DNA from: Haplodiscus bocki
Taxonomy: Eukaryota
Assembly (NCBI GenBank): GCA_965655095.1
Contig: OZ296653.1
Coordinates: 9,920,001-9,984,000 of the forward strand
DNA length: 64,000 bases
Reading direction: 5' to 3'
Shown here: positions 8,401-17,683 of the stretch, in pieces
Numbering within the stretch: the first letter of the stretch is position 1
Layout: every line of letters starts with the position of its first letter
Position numbers and translations under genes: made by a program
The notes under the pieces: model-generated
The model's database searches: none
What the model was told of the DNA's origin: nothing
Seen by the model: only the letters and a program-made list of their open reading frames with translations

Positions 8401-10210
8401 AACATGGCAATTGGTCAACGAATTCCGAAGTCTGAAGATCATCAATGACGTTCTATGTAGAGAATTCACCCACAAAGGACGCCCATTGTACTATCAACAA
8501 CTCATACCTGCGTCATTAGTACCCCAAGTCCTAAATTCAATCCACTCATCGACCACTGGAGGTCACCTAGGAATATTCAAAACTGTAGAAAAAGTACGTG
8601 AACGTTTCTACTGGCCTGGTTTCCAAGAGGATGTGAAATTATTCATCAATCGTTGCGAACAATGTCAAAAAAGAGCCAACCCACCCAAGACCCATCGACA
8701 TTCTTTGGTCGAATGGACCCCAAGCTATCCGTTTCATCATATCGGCATTGATTTTATGGGTCCCTTACCATTGTCGAACGGTAACCAACACATTCTTTTA
8801 ATTGGCGATCATTTTTCGAAGTGGTACGAAGCGATTCCACTTCCCGACCAAACTGCTTCTACCACAGCTACGGCTCTTCTTGAAAATTGGATATGTCGAT
8901 TTGGATGCCCCCACAGTATCCATAGCGATCAAGGTCGTAACTTCGAATCAAAACTTTTTAAAAGTCTGAATCAAGCTTTGCAAGTTGACAAGACCCGAAC
9001 AACAGCCTTCCGGCCCCAGTCAAACGCGGTTGTGGAACGGATGAACCGTACGTTGCAATCAATGCTTGCCAAATGCGTCAACGATGAACAAAGTAACTGG
9101 TCACAACAGTTACCGTATGTCATGATGGCATATCGTACCTCGGTTCACGAATCCACAGGGTACACTCCACATTTTCTTGTCTACGGACAGGAAGTCTGCC
9201 TTCCTATTGATTTCATGTATCCAAATCCGAGTGATCAACCCCCAGCCGACCTCCATGAATTTGTGTCTGCCCGACAAGTCAGATTTCAAAAGGCGTACGA
9301 TTCGGCTCGTACAGCCCTGAATTTCAATCAGCGACGCAGAAACGCCCATTACAATCGAAAGGTCCATGGACCCACCTATCAAGTCAATCAAAAGGTTCTA
9401 CTACACAATCCCGTTGTCCCAGTTGGAAAGTCACCAAAGTTCTTTAGCCCATGGAAAGGTCCATATGTCATTTTACAATGCCTCAATGATGTGACCTACC
9501 GCATTCAAGAAATTGCAACTCAAAAAGAACTTGTTGTTCATTATGACCGACTGAAGTTATTCCATGAACCCCCACCGACCTCGAATGTACCAACGCGTGA
9601 TAAAAGAAATCCGAAAAACATATCTCACCCAAAACCTCAGCAAAAAGAACCACCAATCCCCGAGTACGACCACGATCAATGCACCTGGCATTATCCGTAC
9701 CATACCGTCCCTTCAGCAACCACTTGTTCTCGTGGCGTTGCTTGCACAACCCCGCCTGCTACGCCTGCACCAGCAACTACTCCAGTTGGTTCCCCCAAAC
9801 CTGTACTACCGAGTCCCTCTTCTTCCTATTCTGGAGCTACAGCACCCTATAGCCATGGCTCTCCCAGCACACCGAAGACAACCACTTCTCTCCGTTCAGG
9901 CACACCTACACCTGAACCTCAAACATCTGCAGAATCACCAGCTCACTCCCGAAGCCTTCCTAGCAGCCCTTCTACGCCGTCTTCTGTGAGATCAAAACCA
10001 TGGTTCCGCGAAGTCATTGACAATGCTTCTCGTACTCTTCAATTTGGTGATGCACCAACTCAAGCCCAACCTCAACGTAACCTCCGCAGTAGTACAAAAG
10101 AACAACGCAAAGCCCAACCATTATGGAAAGCAAAACTACCTCCTGACCTAAGTGATTTCTATTCCCCCGCCAGCTCGAAGAAGAAAAAGAAAAGTTCGCC
10201 CACTTTATAA
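5411..10210 (+). CDS. pol: Pol: aspartic protease, RT, RNase H, macrodomain, integrase (expressed as Gag-Pol)
   Basis: AICDSGAS; YLDD; LYTDAS...TDH...HADGLSR; HHCC, IDFMG/HSDQG/VERMNR, WKGPY; no internal stops. Confidence 0.97.
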   Translation, partial: FKLRTSTPEGQRADKDTPPGPQIETLNSVVDHRSVFIQITIFDRIIEAICDSGASVSCLSSEIYDALKLKHSLRLEPALRQLKAANQLPIETRGVVRLPISLGGRKFEHNFHVLSKSEADCLIGLDFLEDHQCDPLFSQKKLRVNDDTFVPLYHKVYTIQTDQVFRVASTDNVWIPAGHSMIIPAHIPGWKRPPIELAAVFEPHERFKVDKEVSADHVLFNFSEETIPVMVTNTGDEAVMIHKDTTLGQSELVATDKIQNISTLKSRKSPKLTDKKDAKYDLKLVKNSIDTGISQEAKAKFFKLINEFSDVFSKNEWDIGQCDVTAHKIQVEPGSRPIKLPNRRMPLHYKDDLQEKIDAFLEKKLITPCHSPYSAPAMLVPKKNGKLRLVIDYRQLNKQTIKSCWPIPSIEEIFDTLEGSEFFTTIDMSWGFYQLPMAEESQDYTAFSTPFGSFKWLRMPMGLTGSPNTFQSLMEQVLVGLTWKTTVPYLDDCIIFSSTAEEHIERLREVLERFRSANLKINPTKCEFFRTRVPFLGHIISKNGLEADPDKIAAVKKFPIPTNPTEVKSFLGLCSYYRRYVQNFADIARPLHKASEVTINFNWTPEAQDAFETLKSRLTTTPILAFPMMKEPFILYTDASLTAMGAVLSQVQDGQERAICYASKAFSKAQTRYSATKRELLAVVNFTRHFKHYLLGQKFTIITDHRALQWLHNFKDPDALTARWLEKLAAFDYEVVHRPGKTIGHADGLSRTPLRAFNAIATEDPAADAPEEDQEWPNRTNESPPDPKHFQYSEIQGDVLQSTDSIAHCISADFKLGAGIARSIKRRFPTQYPDKEAIASEVIWPQWIPESQRFVYHLTTKVRYFHQPTYKALRLSLEAMKNHAESKKVLRISMPQIGCGLDKLDWSKVRKLIKEVFRPTNIQIIVFLKPLKEPPRAGQNPVNSSDNAVAAETPNISETLTSLASAQRADPALKNLFQWVIRGTPPSTHALQGLPRATWQLVNEFRSLKIINDVLCREFTHKGRPLYYQQLIPASLVPQVLNSIHSSTTGGHLGIFKTVEKVRERFYWPGFQEDVKLFINRCEQCQKRANPPKTHRHSLVEWTPSYPFHHIGIDFMGPLPLSNGNQHILLIGDHFSKWYEAIPLPDQTASTTATALLENWICRFGCPHSIHSDQGRNFESKLFKSLNQALQVDKTRTTAFRPQSNAVVERMNRTLQSMLAKCVNDEQSNWSQQLPYVMMAYRTSVHESTGYTPHFLVYGQEVCLPIDFMYPNPSDQPPADLHEFVSARQVRFQKAYDSARTALNFNQRRRNAHYNRKVHGPTYQVNQKVLLHNPVVPVGKSPKFFSPWKGPYVILQCLNDVTYRIQEIATQKELVVHYDRLKLFHEPPPTSNVPTRDKRNPKNISHPKPQQKEPPIPEYDHDQCTWHYPYHTVPSATTCSRGVACTTPPATPAPATTPVGSPKPVLPSPSSSYSGATAPYSHGSPSTPKTTTSLRSGTPTPEPQTSAESPAHSRSLPSSPSTPSSVRSKPWFREVIDNASRTLQFGDAPTQAQPQRNLRSSTKEQRKAQPLWKAKLPPDLSDFYSPASSKKKKKSSPTL
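7778..8194 (+). other. TARG1/OARD1 (Poa1p-like) macrodomain inside Pol, between RNase H and integrase
   Basis: GDVL..DSIAHCISADFKLGAGIA...YHLTTK...PTYKALRLSLEAMKNH...ISMPQIGCGLDKLDW..V..LIKEVF follows the TARG1 motif series. Confidence 0.93.
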
Positions 10211-10269
10211 CTTTCACTCCTTTCAGAACGCTAATTTCACACCTTTTACCCCTCATATCGTTCTTTTAG

Positions 10270-12595
10270 GCTTCCTTTCCTACTTTCACTTGTCCTTCCC
10301 AATGGCCCGCCTCTTTGTTACACTGTGACCCACTACTCGACTCATCTCAACGATCAGCCAGAAGTTCCAGTCTTCAAGAAAGGCGCTGCCTTCCTTTTCA
10401 AGTGTCACGCAGTCACTTCCGAAAGTGAGAGCAAAGTTCGAGTGTTCTCCCCGTTCCCGAAAATCCCGGATGTCAATCTTACTGGAGCTGAAGAATTGTT
10501 GAGCCTAGCGAAAATACGAATAACCGGAATTGGTGGCATGTATGCCCAAAAAATTTGTGAATTCCAAGAAATCAACAAAACATATGGTTTATTAATGACA
10601 CAGTTGAAGGATCGCGTGGAATTGATCAAGCTTGAAGTGAAACAAGCAACAGATGAGCAAGGAAAGCTCGCAGACGTAATGAAGTCTTTTCTCCCGAAAC
10701 AGTATCAGAGGAACGTGGCGACGCTTCCACGTTCGAAACGATTTATTGGCGCAGTAGCTGCTCTTGCAGCAGGTGCCGGATTGATCCTGGGAGACCCGTT
10801 GAAAGAAGCTGCATGTACAGCTGTCTCGATTTTTAACTTGTGCGATGACACAAGCCGTTTGTCCCAAGACGTGGACCAGATCCTGAAAACGCAGGAAGAA
10901 ACAATAGCGACCTTGCAACGTGTCCAGTCAGCCAATGATGAGAACTTCTTCCTACTGGGTAATGAAGTCCGCGAAACGCAACAAAATGTTAAAAACCTTC
11001 GTGATGCCGTGAATGATCACCTACAGGTTCTCCATGATCGAAAAAATGGAATTCAAGGAGATTTAATTCAACATAAAGAATGTCAACGAAGACAAGCTCA
11101 ACATTCCCTCTTCCTCCAAGAGATTAGATATACCATATCTCATTTGGGTACCTTGTATACTCACATAAAGTCTTACCAAGCTGCGTTCTACGCCTACAAG
11201 ATTAACTTGTTCTCGACGATCTCGTCCCTTGCTAGTGGCCAAATAACCCCCCAGTTCCTCCTACCCCAAGAAATCGCTGACATTGTACGAACACTGTCAG
11301 AAGAAGAGAGTTATCGTGGTACAAAACTTACCCCCGCCATACAGCCTGGCTTCGAAGCTGTCTATTATGAGATACAACTCGTTTTAGAAGTCACGTTAAT
11401 TCCGCGCGGTATATCAGTTGTACTTGGTGTACCAATGAACTCCAAGTCTTCCACTTTCAACGTGTACCATGCTACCCCGCTGTATCAACCGAACGGTGAC
11501 AACAAGACAGCCTCCTTGTTCCAGCTCGCAAAGCCTTTCTTGGCTGTGGCTACTGACGATTCTAGATACGCCGAATTGGATAGTTCCACCTTACAACAAT
11601 GTTCAGGTAACAATCGGATCAGACTTTGTCGCAAAGGTTTCTCAACCACAACTGATGACACCCTCCTATGCCTGAGTTCTTTGATGTTCGATTATGCCAT
11701 CCCAGCATTGCGTAACTGCCCCGCCAATTCTGTGCTTTTACCTGACGCGCCACAAGCTTTTTATTTGGCCGAAGGATTGTATCATGTCATCTCCCGTGAA
11801 CCACTTCTTCACATGAAAAACGCCAGTGATATACATGGTGTCAGTGTTTCAATGATCCCTTGTCACGCCTGCATTTTGAGACCCAGTTGCCACAGTACCC
11901 TAACCCTGAATCAAGGTGATCTAGTTCTTGAACCGGATATGGACTACTGTTCGACGAGCCCAGAGCCCTTCTTTGCCACGATCGAACTGATCCCATCATT
12001 AGAACAAGTCTTCAAACATGTCCCACACTCCAATCATGTCTTTCACGCCTATTCGTTGGGCGAAGCACGTCATTCTGTCCTCAGCAGTGTTCGTATGGAA
12101 TTAGCAGAACTCCCGGACGTGCGACGCATGTCAGTTGATTCAATCGACCAACTAGCACACCCGATTGCGCAGTATTACTCATCAATTTCTCCGGCAACAT
12201 CACAAGCCCTCGAGTCATATCTCCCCTTTCGCACTGCCGTCTTGTTCTCGACTGCTTCGATTACCCTTTCTTTATTGACTTTCACTATCAGTTTTACCTT
12301 GTTCCGCCGTCAATGGAAACGACTTTTTCTTCATCCACACAAGTTCTTCAAAAGTACAAATGGACGACTCTTGGATGTCACGGACAGTCATGAAACTCCA
12401 GATACAGCCATTGATGACGCTTCTGTTTTCATCCAGCTCAGTTTGGACGAATTCAACGCATTAAAAACACTTGCCAGTGAAACCCTGAGACACCCACCCC
12501 ATAATAACTCATATACCACATGCAATGTCCCTCATATTCCTACCCGTGTCTACCCAGACATCACAGCCCCTCATTATTCCGAGTCTACACCATAA
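10270..12595 (+). CDS. env: Env, class I fusion (F-like) glycoprotein; start probably supplied by splicing
   Basis: Signal-like LPFLLSLVL; furin site RSKR (10730-10741) then fusion peptide FIGAVAALAAGAGLILG; heptad repeat; Cys-rich region; TM AVLFSTASITLSLLTFTISFTLF followed by RRQWKR. Confidence 0.9.
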
Positions 12596-12664
12596 TCTAA
12601 CTTAACTCCTTAACATCTTGTTGTTCTAACATATTATACACGTCATATTTAAAATCAGAACACC

Positions 12665-12816
12665 CTGCACTTTCGTGCCCCCTTTAGTACGGTTCCGTAC
12701 TCGGCTTGCCTAGATTCACATCATGGCCCAGCTTTTGCACGTTTCCGTGCCTGCCCTCTTGTACGTTTCCGTACCTGCCCAGCTTTTGTTGGCCCGTTTG
12801 CACGTGTCCGTGCCCA
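12665..12816 (+). repeat. Short imperfect direct repeats between env and ORF4
   Basis: ttgcacgtttccgtgcctgccc / ttgtacgtttccgtacctgccc / ttgcacgtgtccgtgccc. Confidence 0.7.
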
Positions 12817-13008
12817 CTTCTTGCTCAGACTTTGATCTGACCCTTGACAAATTGAGACCAATCATGTCTCCCCTGTCCTATGATTTCAGCGTTGACAGTA
12901 TACGTATCCGTATACGCGTACCACAAAAAAACTCAACAATAAGGACTCGTTTCTTCTCTTCTCCCTTTCCCCTCCCTCTTTTTCTTCTTTTTTACAATAA
13001 ATTGTGAT

Positions 13009-14052
13009 ATGTACTTATCATTTTTTTGTTTCAGGTTTCCTACTAAGCGTCCTTCTGGCTCCCCTCTATACACTTGCAGTGGCAAGGTTGCTGTAATCAA
13101 CCCGGGTGACATCGTCCACATTCTAGACGAGCGAGAATACCGTGTGCTGCGGATTAATCCACATTCTTCAACAGTTGTGCTTCGCCGGGTCGACGCAACG
13201 TCCAACCAACGCAGTTTCATGCGTCCTTCAACATCTGTCTGTCTACTACCCTCTTCTACCCGTGACGCCTCAGTCGAATGTAATGAACCAACCGATAATT
13301 GTATGTGCGAATTGACTCCGCCCCCAGTTCTTCCGGACGTTAACGATGGTTCTACACAGTGTAATCTCCCGGATGTTTGCGCCGCCTCTACACAATGCGA
13401 TTTTGAAGCAGATTCGTATGCCGCCTTCAAAAGTTCTCGATTCGACAGTGTAGATCGACTTGTCCAAGGCTTCGAAGAAGCCAAATTCTCTGCAAATGCT
13501 GCGTTCAAAGAGCTTTGTAACCAAGTTGACGCAGTAAATGAATTAAAAGCCCAAGTTTCACAACTCCAGCAACGAATAGCTACCCTAAATGACGAAAATG
13601 AGGCTCTTCTTAAACGAACATTTGAATTAACTGAAGATGTTTCAACCCTCACTGCTATTACCTCTACACATCGTCACCTACCTGCTCTGCAACGAATGTT
13701 CTTCCATCATCTACAACAACTTCCATTAACAACAAATCCAAACGAACATCCCCATAATCTCTTATTCCATGTAGTTGGATGTGCCCCCTCTTCTTCTCCG
13801 GAAATAATTCAAGAAAACATCAAATGCCTTCTTCAACAGCTGCACCCTGATAAAAATCCTTCTGTTCCTTCTTCTGTCAGCCAATACGTGCCCCTCGTCA
13901 CCATGGCTAAAACAATTCTTCTCAACAAGAACTTATTACCCACATACCGTTGTTGTGGCATGTTCGGAGTTACTAGACAACAAAATGGTCTTCGAACATG
14001 CAGAAAATGTGACCCCTTCTTACGGAAACTGGATGATTTAATGGACTTGTAA
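13009..14052 (+). CDS. Accessory ORF4: coiled-coil plus J-domain (HPD) protein; likely start at spliced AT|G (13035)
   Basis: 347-aa open frame inside the element; heptad stretch ~13500-13650; FHVVGC...IQENIKCLLQQLHPDKN...AKTILLN...TYRCCG aligns with the DnaJ J-domain. Confidence 0.8.
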   Translation: MYLSFFCFRFPTKRPSGSPLYTCSGKVAVINPGDIVHILDEREYRVLRINPHSSTVVLRRVDATSNQRSFMRPSTSVCLLPSSTRDASVECNEPTDNCMCELTPPPVLPDVNDGSTQCNLPDVCAASTQCDFEADSYAAFKSSRFDSVDRLVQGFEEAKFSANAAFKELCNQVDAVNELKAQVSQLQQRIATLNDENEALLKRTFELTEDVSTLTAITSTHRHLPALQRMFFHHLQQLPLTTNPNEHPHNLLFHVVGCAPSSSPEIIQENIKCLLQQLHPDKNPSVPSSVSQYVPLVTMAKTILLNKNLLPTYRCCGMFGVTRQQNGLRTCRKCDPFLRKLDDLMDL

Positions 14053-14095
14053 AGCACACTTTTTCAACTTCTTCCGCTCTTCACTACTTAATTGC

Positions 14096-14129
14096 TTTGC
14101 GGGACGCAAACCCAGTAAAATGAGAGCAG
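14096..14129 (+). promoter_or_regulatory. Pre-PPT hairpin and polypurine tract
   Basis: tttgcg-gga-cgcaaa stem-loop, then purine-rich aaaatgagagcag abutting the 3' LTR. Confidence 0.65.
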
Positions 14130-15141
14130 TATAGCAGCAGAAACTTTCTTAAAACCTAAATTAAATTTTCCTTCATTAAATTTTCTTTCTTAAAACTTGA
14201 ACTAAATTTCATTTCTATTTTCGTCTGATTTATAAACAGCTCGCGCTGAGTCAAGTACCCTCGAGTGCTTTTGCTAAACAAAGCCCCTTTTCATAACAGT
14301 ATTTTACAAACAACAAAATCCTCTTATCACTACTCTGTAATTTACATACAACACTCTTTCTATTCTTTCTTCTTACATGCAATAATCTTCCTTTATAACA
14401 AGTGTACAATTTAATCACATACGTAACGTTTCAACAACTTTAATACAACACATTTCTTATCATTGACATAAAATAACGTTTAATATTTTCCGTTATAATT
14501 CACTGCTAGTATTTTATTATAATATACACTCTCCATAAATACTTCGCACAACAATTACATAGCAGTGCTGTACTTTCTGTTTTGTTTTCGTAACCCGCTG
14601 ACCCTTACCCCTCATCCAGGCCCGCATTTAAATCAGTGCAAATTTCGAAGTCTCTCTTAATCCTGACCAAAAATAATATCCGCCTGAAAATTCCTACTCA
14701 TTCGTCGACAACAACACAACGAAAGAAGGACGACCCAGCAAACAGACGAACTCAGCCGCAACAGTTTCCAGCTCTTTCCCGAAGAAAAGAAGAAGCAAAT
14801 CTCCTCTCTACAATTTGACAACCAGTCCTCCAGAATCTTCAACTTTCTCTATCCAGAAGTGCAATTGCCCCTCTTTGCCTCAACCAACAAAAGACATTAT
14901 GTAAGCGTATAATTTATTTAAACTTTACTTCAAAAATATCTTCCTTTTTCTAATTAAAATTCTTTCCCAAAAAGCCAAAAACATTTTGTATTCACTTGAG
15001 ATATCCCGCTAGCATCCACCAAACCAAAAACACCTAAATAGTAATTTTAGAAATTACTGAAGTACCATTTCCAATAACAGTCGTCCTCCGCATCCAAAAC
15101 TAATTTCTAGCGAACTGTTTTAAAAGCATACGACTGTTACA
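14130..15141 (+). repeat. 3' LTR of element 1 (1012 bp)
   Basis: Repeat of 297-1310, followed by TSD GTAC. Confidence 0.97.
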
Positions 15142-16204
15142 GTACAAAGACAATTGAGTTTTCAAACTGTGATGCTGCTCCAACTCAATTTAATAACTTC
15201 AAGTAAGTTTGTTGACACTGATATACGAATTATGTCTGATCTGTTGAGGTAATCTTGGTTTTCAATAAAATAACCTTGACATAATTGATTCTGCTGTTTA
15301 CTTCCAAGTCGTAATCGAAATTATTAGTGGTTGGTGAACACGAGGCATATGTTATAGAAGTTATTCTTTGTTCTGGTTACTAGTCTGTACGCTGTGATAC
15401 AGTAATACTTTCCGATGCATGCCCTCTTGAGCCGTCAGTGTCGAGATGTCGTTAAAAGTTATCAAGCCTTGTCAAATTTCACAAAACTGGGTACAATGTT
15501 TCGGAGAAAGTCCAACTTTCTGCTTGTCTCTGATGTGAACTTTCAAACTTTTTTCCATTCATAGCGATTGTGACAACTGTTATTAACAAAAAGGATTTTT
15601 TTTCCATCAGGCGGTAGATTGGATACCAGCCGAACTTCAGAAAGAGGCTAAACTTAACACGAAGAGCTGTAGAAAATATGAAGCATGAAAAAAATGCATG
15701 AATGCTACAAAACTGGCGATCCGGTCAGCGGAATATGAGCATGACTAGCAACATTCCTTTTAATGTTGCGAAATTGTTATATACTGAAATGGATGCACTT
15801 CATAAAATGTTTGTTCATTTTTTTCAAGCTTCCAATCAATTACAGCTGTAGCGAAAAAAGAAGGCATTGTACCGCCACAATAATTTAAATACTCCTATGT
15901 TCAAAAACCTTGCTGGATTGCTTAGTTAAATTCACTGGACAATTTTAAACAAGAAACACATGCGAATTAAATTTACCCAATTTTAACACATGGCGTGGTC
16001 TAACACACGCGTTTCTGTCAACTTCGTTTAGACCGCTAATTATTCAATTCAATGGGGGTTTGGGGGAACTCCTTGGTTTTGGGGAATTAAATCTGCCAAT
16101 GGGCAAAATTTTTGAGTGGGGCAAAAATACACCAAATAGGTCAAAAATCTTTGAAAAGTGATGTGGGCTTCCGAAAAAACAGACTACTCACGTGGACAAA
16201 TGTT

Positions 16205-16345
16205 AGCAGCTGCGCGGGAGCGCATGAACAAACATTGTAAGAAAGCGAAAACGCATGAACAAAAACTAGGGACATTAAACCTAGGAACAAATGCGAGGTA
16301 TGTCAAAAGCCTGTAATATAAGACTTGCTTGCGCAAGTGTAATCA
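16205..16345 (+). repeat. Dispersed short repeat with internal (ga)gcgcatgaacaa units (copy A)
   Basis: Related to 21090-21265; both end in acttgcttgcgcaa(g/a)tgtaat. Confidence 0.7.
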
Positions 16346-16519
16346 AAATATCACGTAGCTGAAATTATTCGAAATTATGAAAAACTGGAAAAAAACTTAG
16401 CCTAGACTAAATTCCGAAATAATTGAAAAATTGTGCAGAAAATCGCTGCAATAATCTTGCAAACATGGTTTGAAATAATCAAAATTCCATATCTTATCAC
16501 AATTCATTACTTTGCATAG

Positions 16520-17314
16520 AACCCTGGTTACGCCGGCCGTCAAGAACTTCCTGAAAACTTGAAGATCATGTTCCGGACAGTTGCGATGATGGTTCCAGAC
16601 CGCGCCATTATCATCAGGGTGAAACTCGCCAGCTGTGGTTTCCTGGAAAACATTGACTTGTCTGGAAAATTTTACACTTTGTACAAACTGTGTGAAGAAC
16701 AACTCTCTAAACAAGTACATTACGATTTCGGATTACGTAATATCTTGTCGGTTCTGCGAACATTGGGATCCGAAAAAAGAAAAAGTCCGACTGACCCTGA
16801 AAATAAAACGGTCATGCGAGTTTTACGAGACATGAATCTTTCCAAACTCATTGACGAAGATGAAGGATTGTTCCAGTCACTTATCGACGACCTTTTCCCA
16901 GGAATGACCCTGGACACGAAAGGATACCCTGACTTGGAAAGAACAATTGACCGAATTGTAAACAACGCTGGCAATTTGGTCAACCATAAAGACTGGAACT
17001 TGAAAATAATTCAACTGTTCGAGACCCAAAGGGTGCGTTGGGGTATCATGACCCTAGGTCCCACAGGTGCGGGGAAGACAACCTGCATAAACACCTTATT
17101 GAAGTCTTTCACAGAGCAGGGAATCCCCCACAAGGAAATGCGCATGAATCCTAAAGCAATCACTGCTCCCCAGATGTTCGGCAGACTCGACGTGGCCACA
17201 AATGATTGGACAGATGGAATATTCTCAACACTTTGGCGCAAAACTCACAAAGCGCGGGAAAACGAGCACATCTGGCTGGTGCTGGACGGGCCCGTGGATG
17301 CCATCTGGATTGAG
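16520..17314 (+). CDS. Axonemal outer-arm dynein heavy chain (DNAH5/DNAH8-like) exon: end of AAA1 to AAA2
   Basis: tag|AAC CCT GGT ([15 protein letters not shown]), HYDFGLRN, Walker [20 protein letters not shown]|gtgaat. Confidence 0.95.
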
Positions 17315-17683
17315 GTGAATTGAAAACTTTTTCTTCTCTGCGCTCAGTTTCGTAAATAATTTTGAGAAAATGAAAATTTTGGCCAAATTTTGTCACTTTT
17401 TTCAAAGTTGTTTTGAATGTTACAAGGATGAATGGAATATATGCTCCAAGGGAAATTTTGTTTCTTCTGAAGTTTCATCTCTATATTTCTGTCAAAACCC
17501 TTGACTATATTTTGGGTACGTTTTTCGACTGAACTAAATAAATAACTCATGCAAAAGTCACCTTCACTCGCTCGAAAACCTTGAGCAAAACTTCGAGGCA
17601 GGTAAGGGACCGCATATCAAGATATTACGATGACTGAAACAGTCTAACTGAACATTCTGCAATATTTCTTTTCCTCATTCCAG

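Larger units (their letters stand above)
297..15141 (+). mobile_element. Young env-bearing Ty3/Gypsy LTR retrotransposon / endogenous retrovirus-like element (element 1)
   Basis: Near-identical LTRs at 297-1310 and 14130-15141, 4-bp TSD GTAC (293-296, 15142-15145), PBS, PPT, gag, pol in PR-RT-RH-IN order, env. Confidence 0.97.

Noticed and set aside
10211-10234. Alternative env acceptor tttcag at 10226, or pol-env stop readthrough
   Set aside because: An in-frame TAA at 10232-10234 blocks the env frame and no start codon is formed
12933-13652. 239-aa antisense ORF over ORF4
   Set aside because: No ATG start or motif; likely a shadow of the sense coding frame
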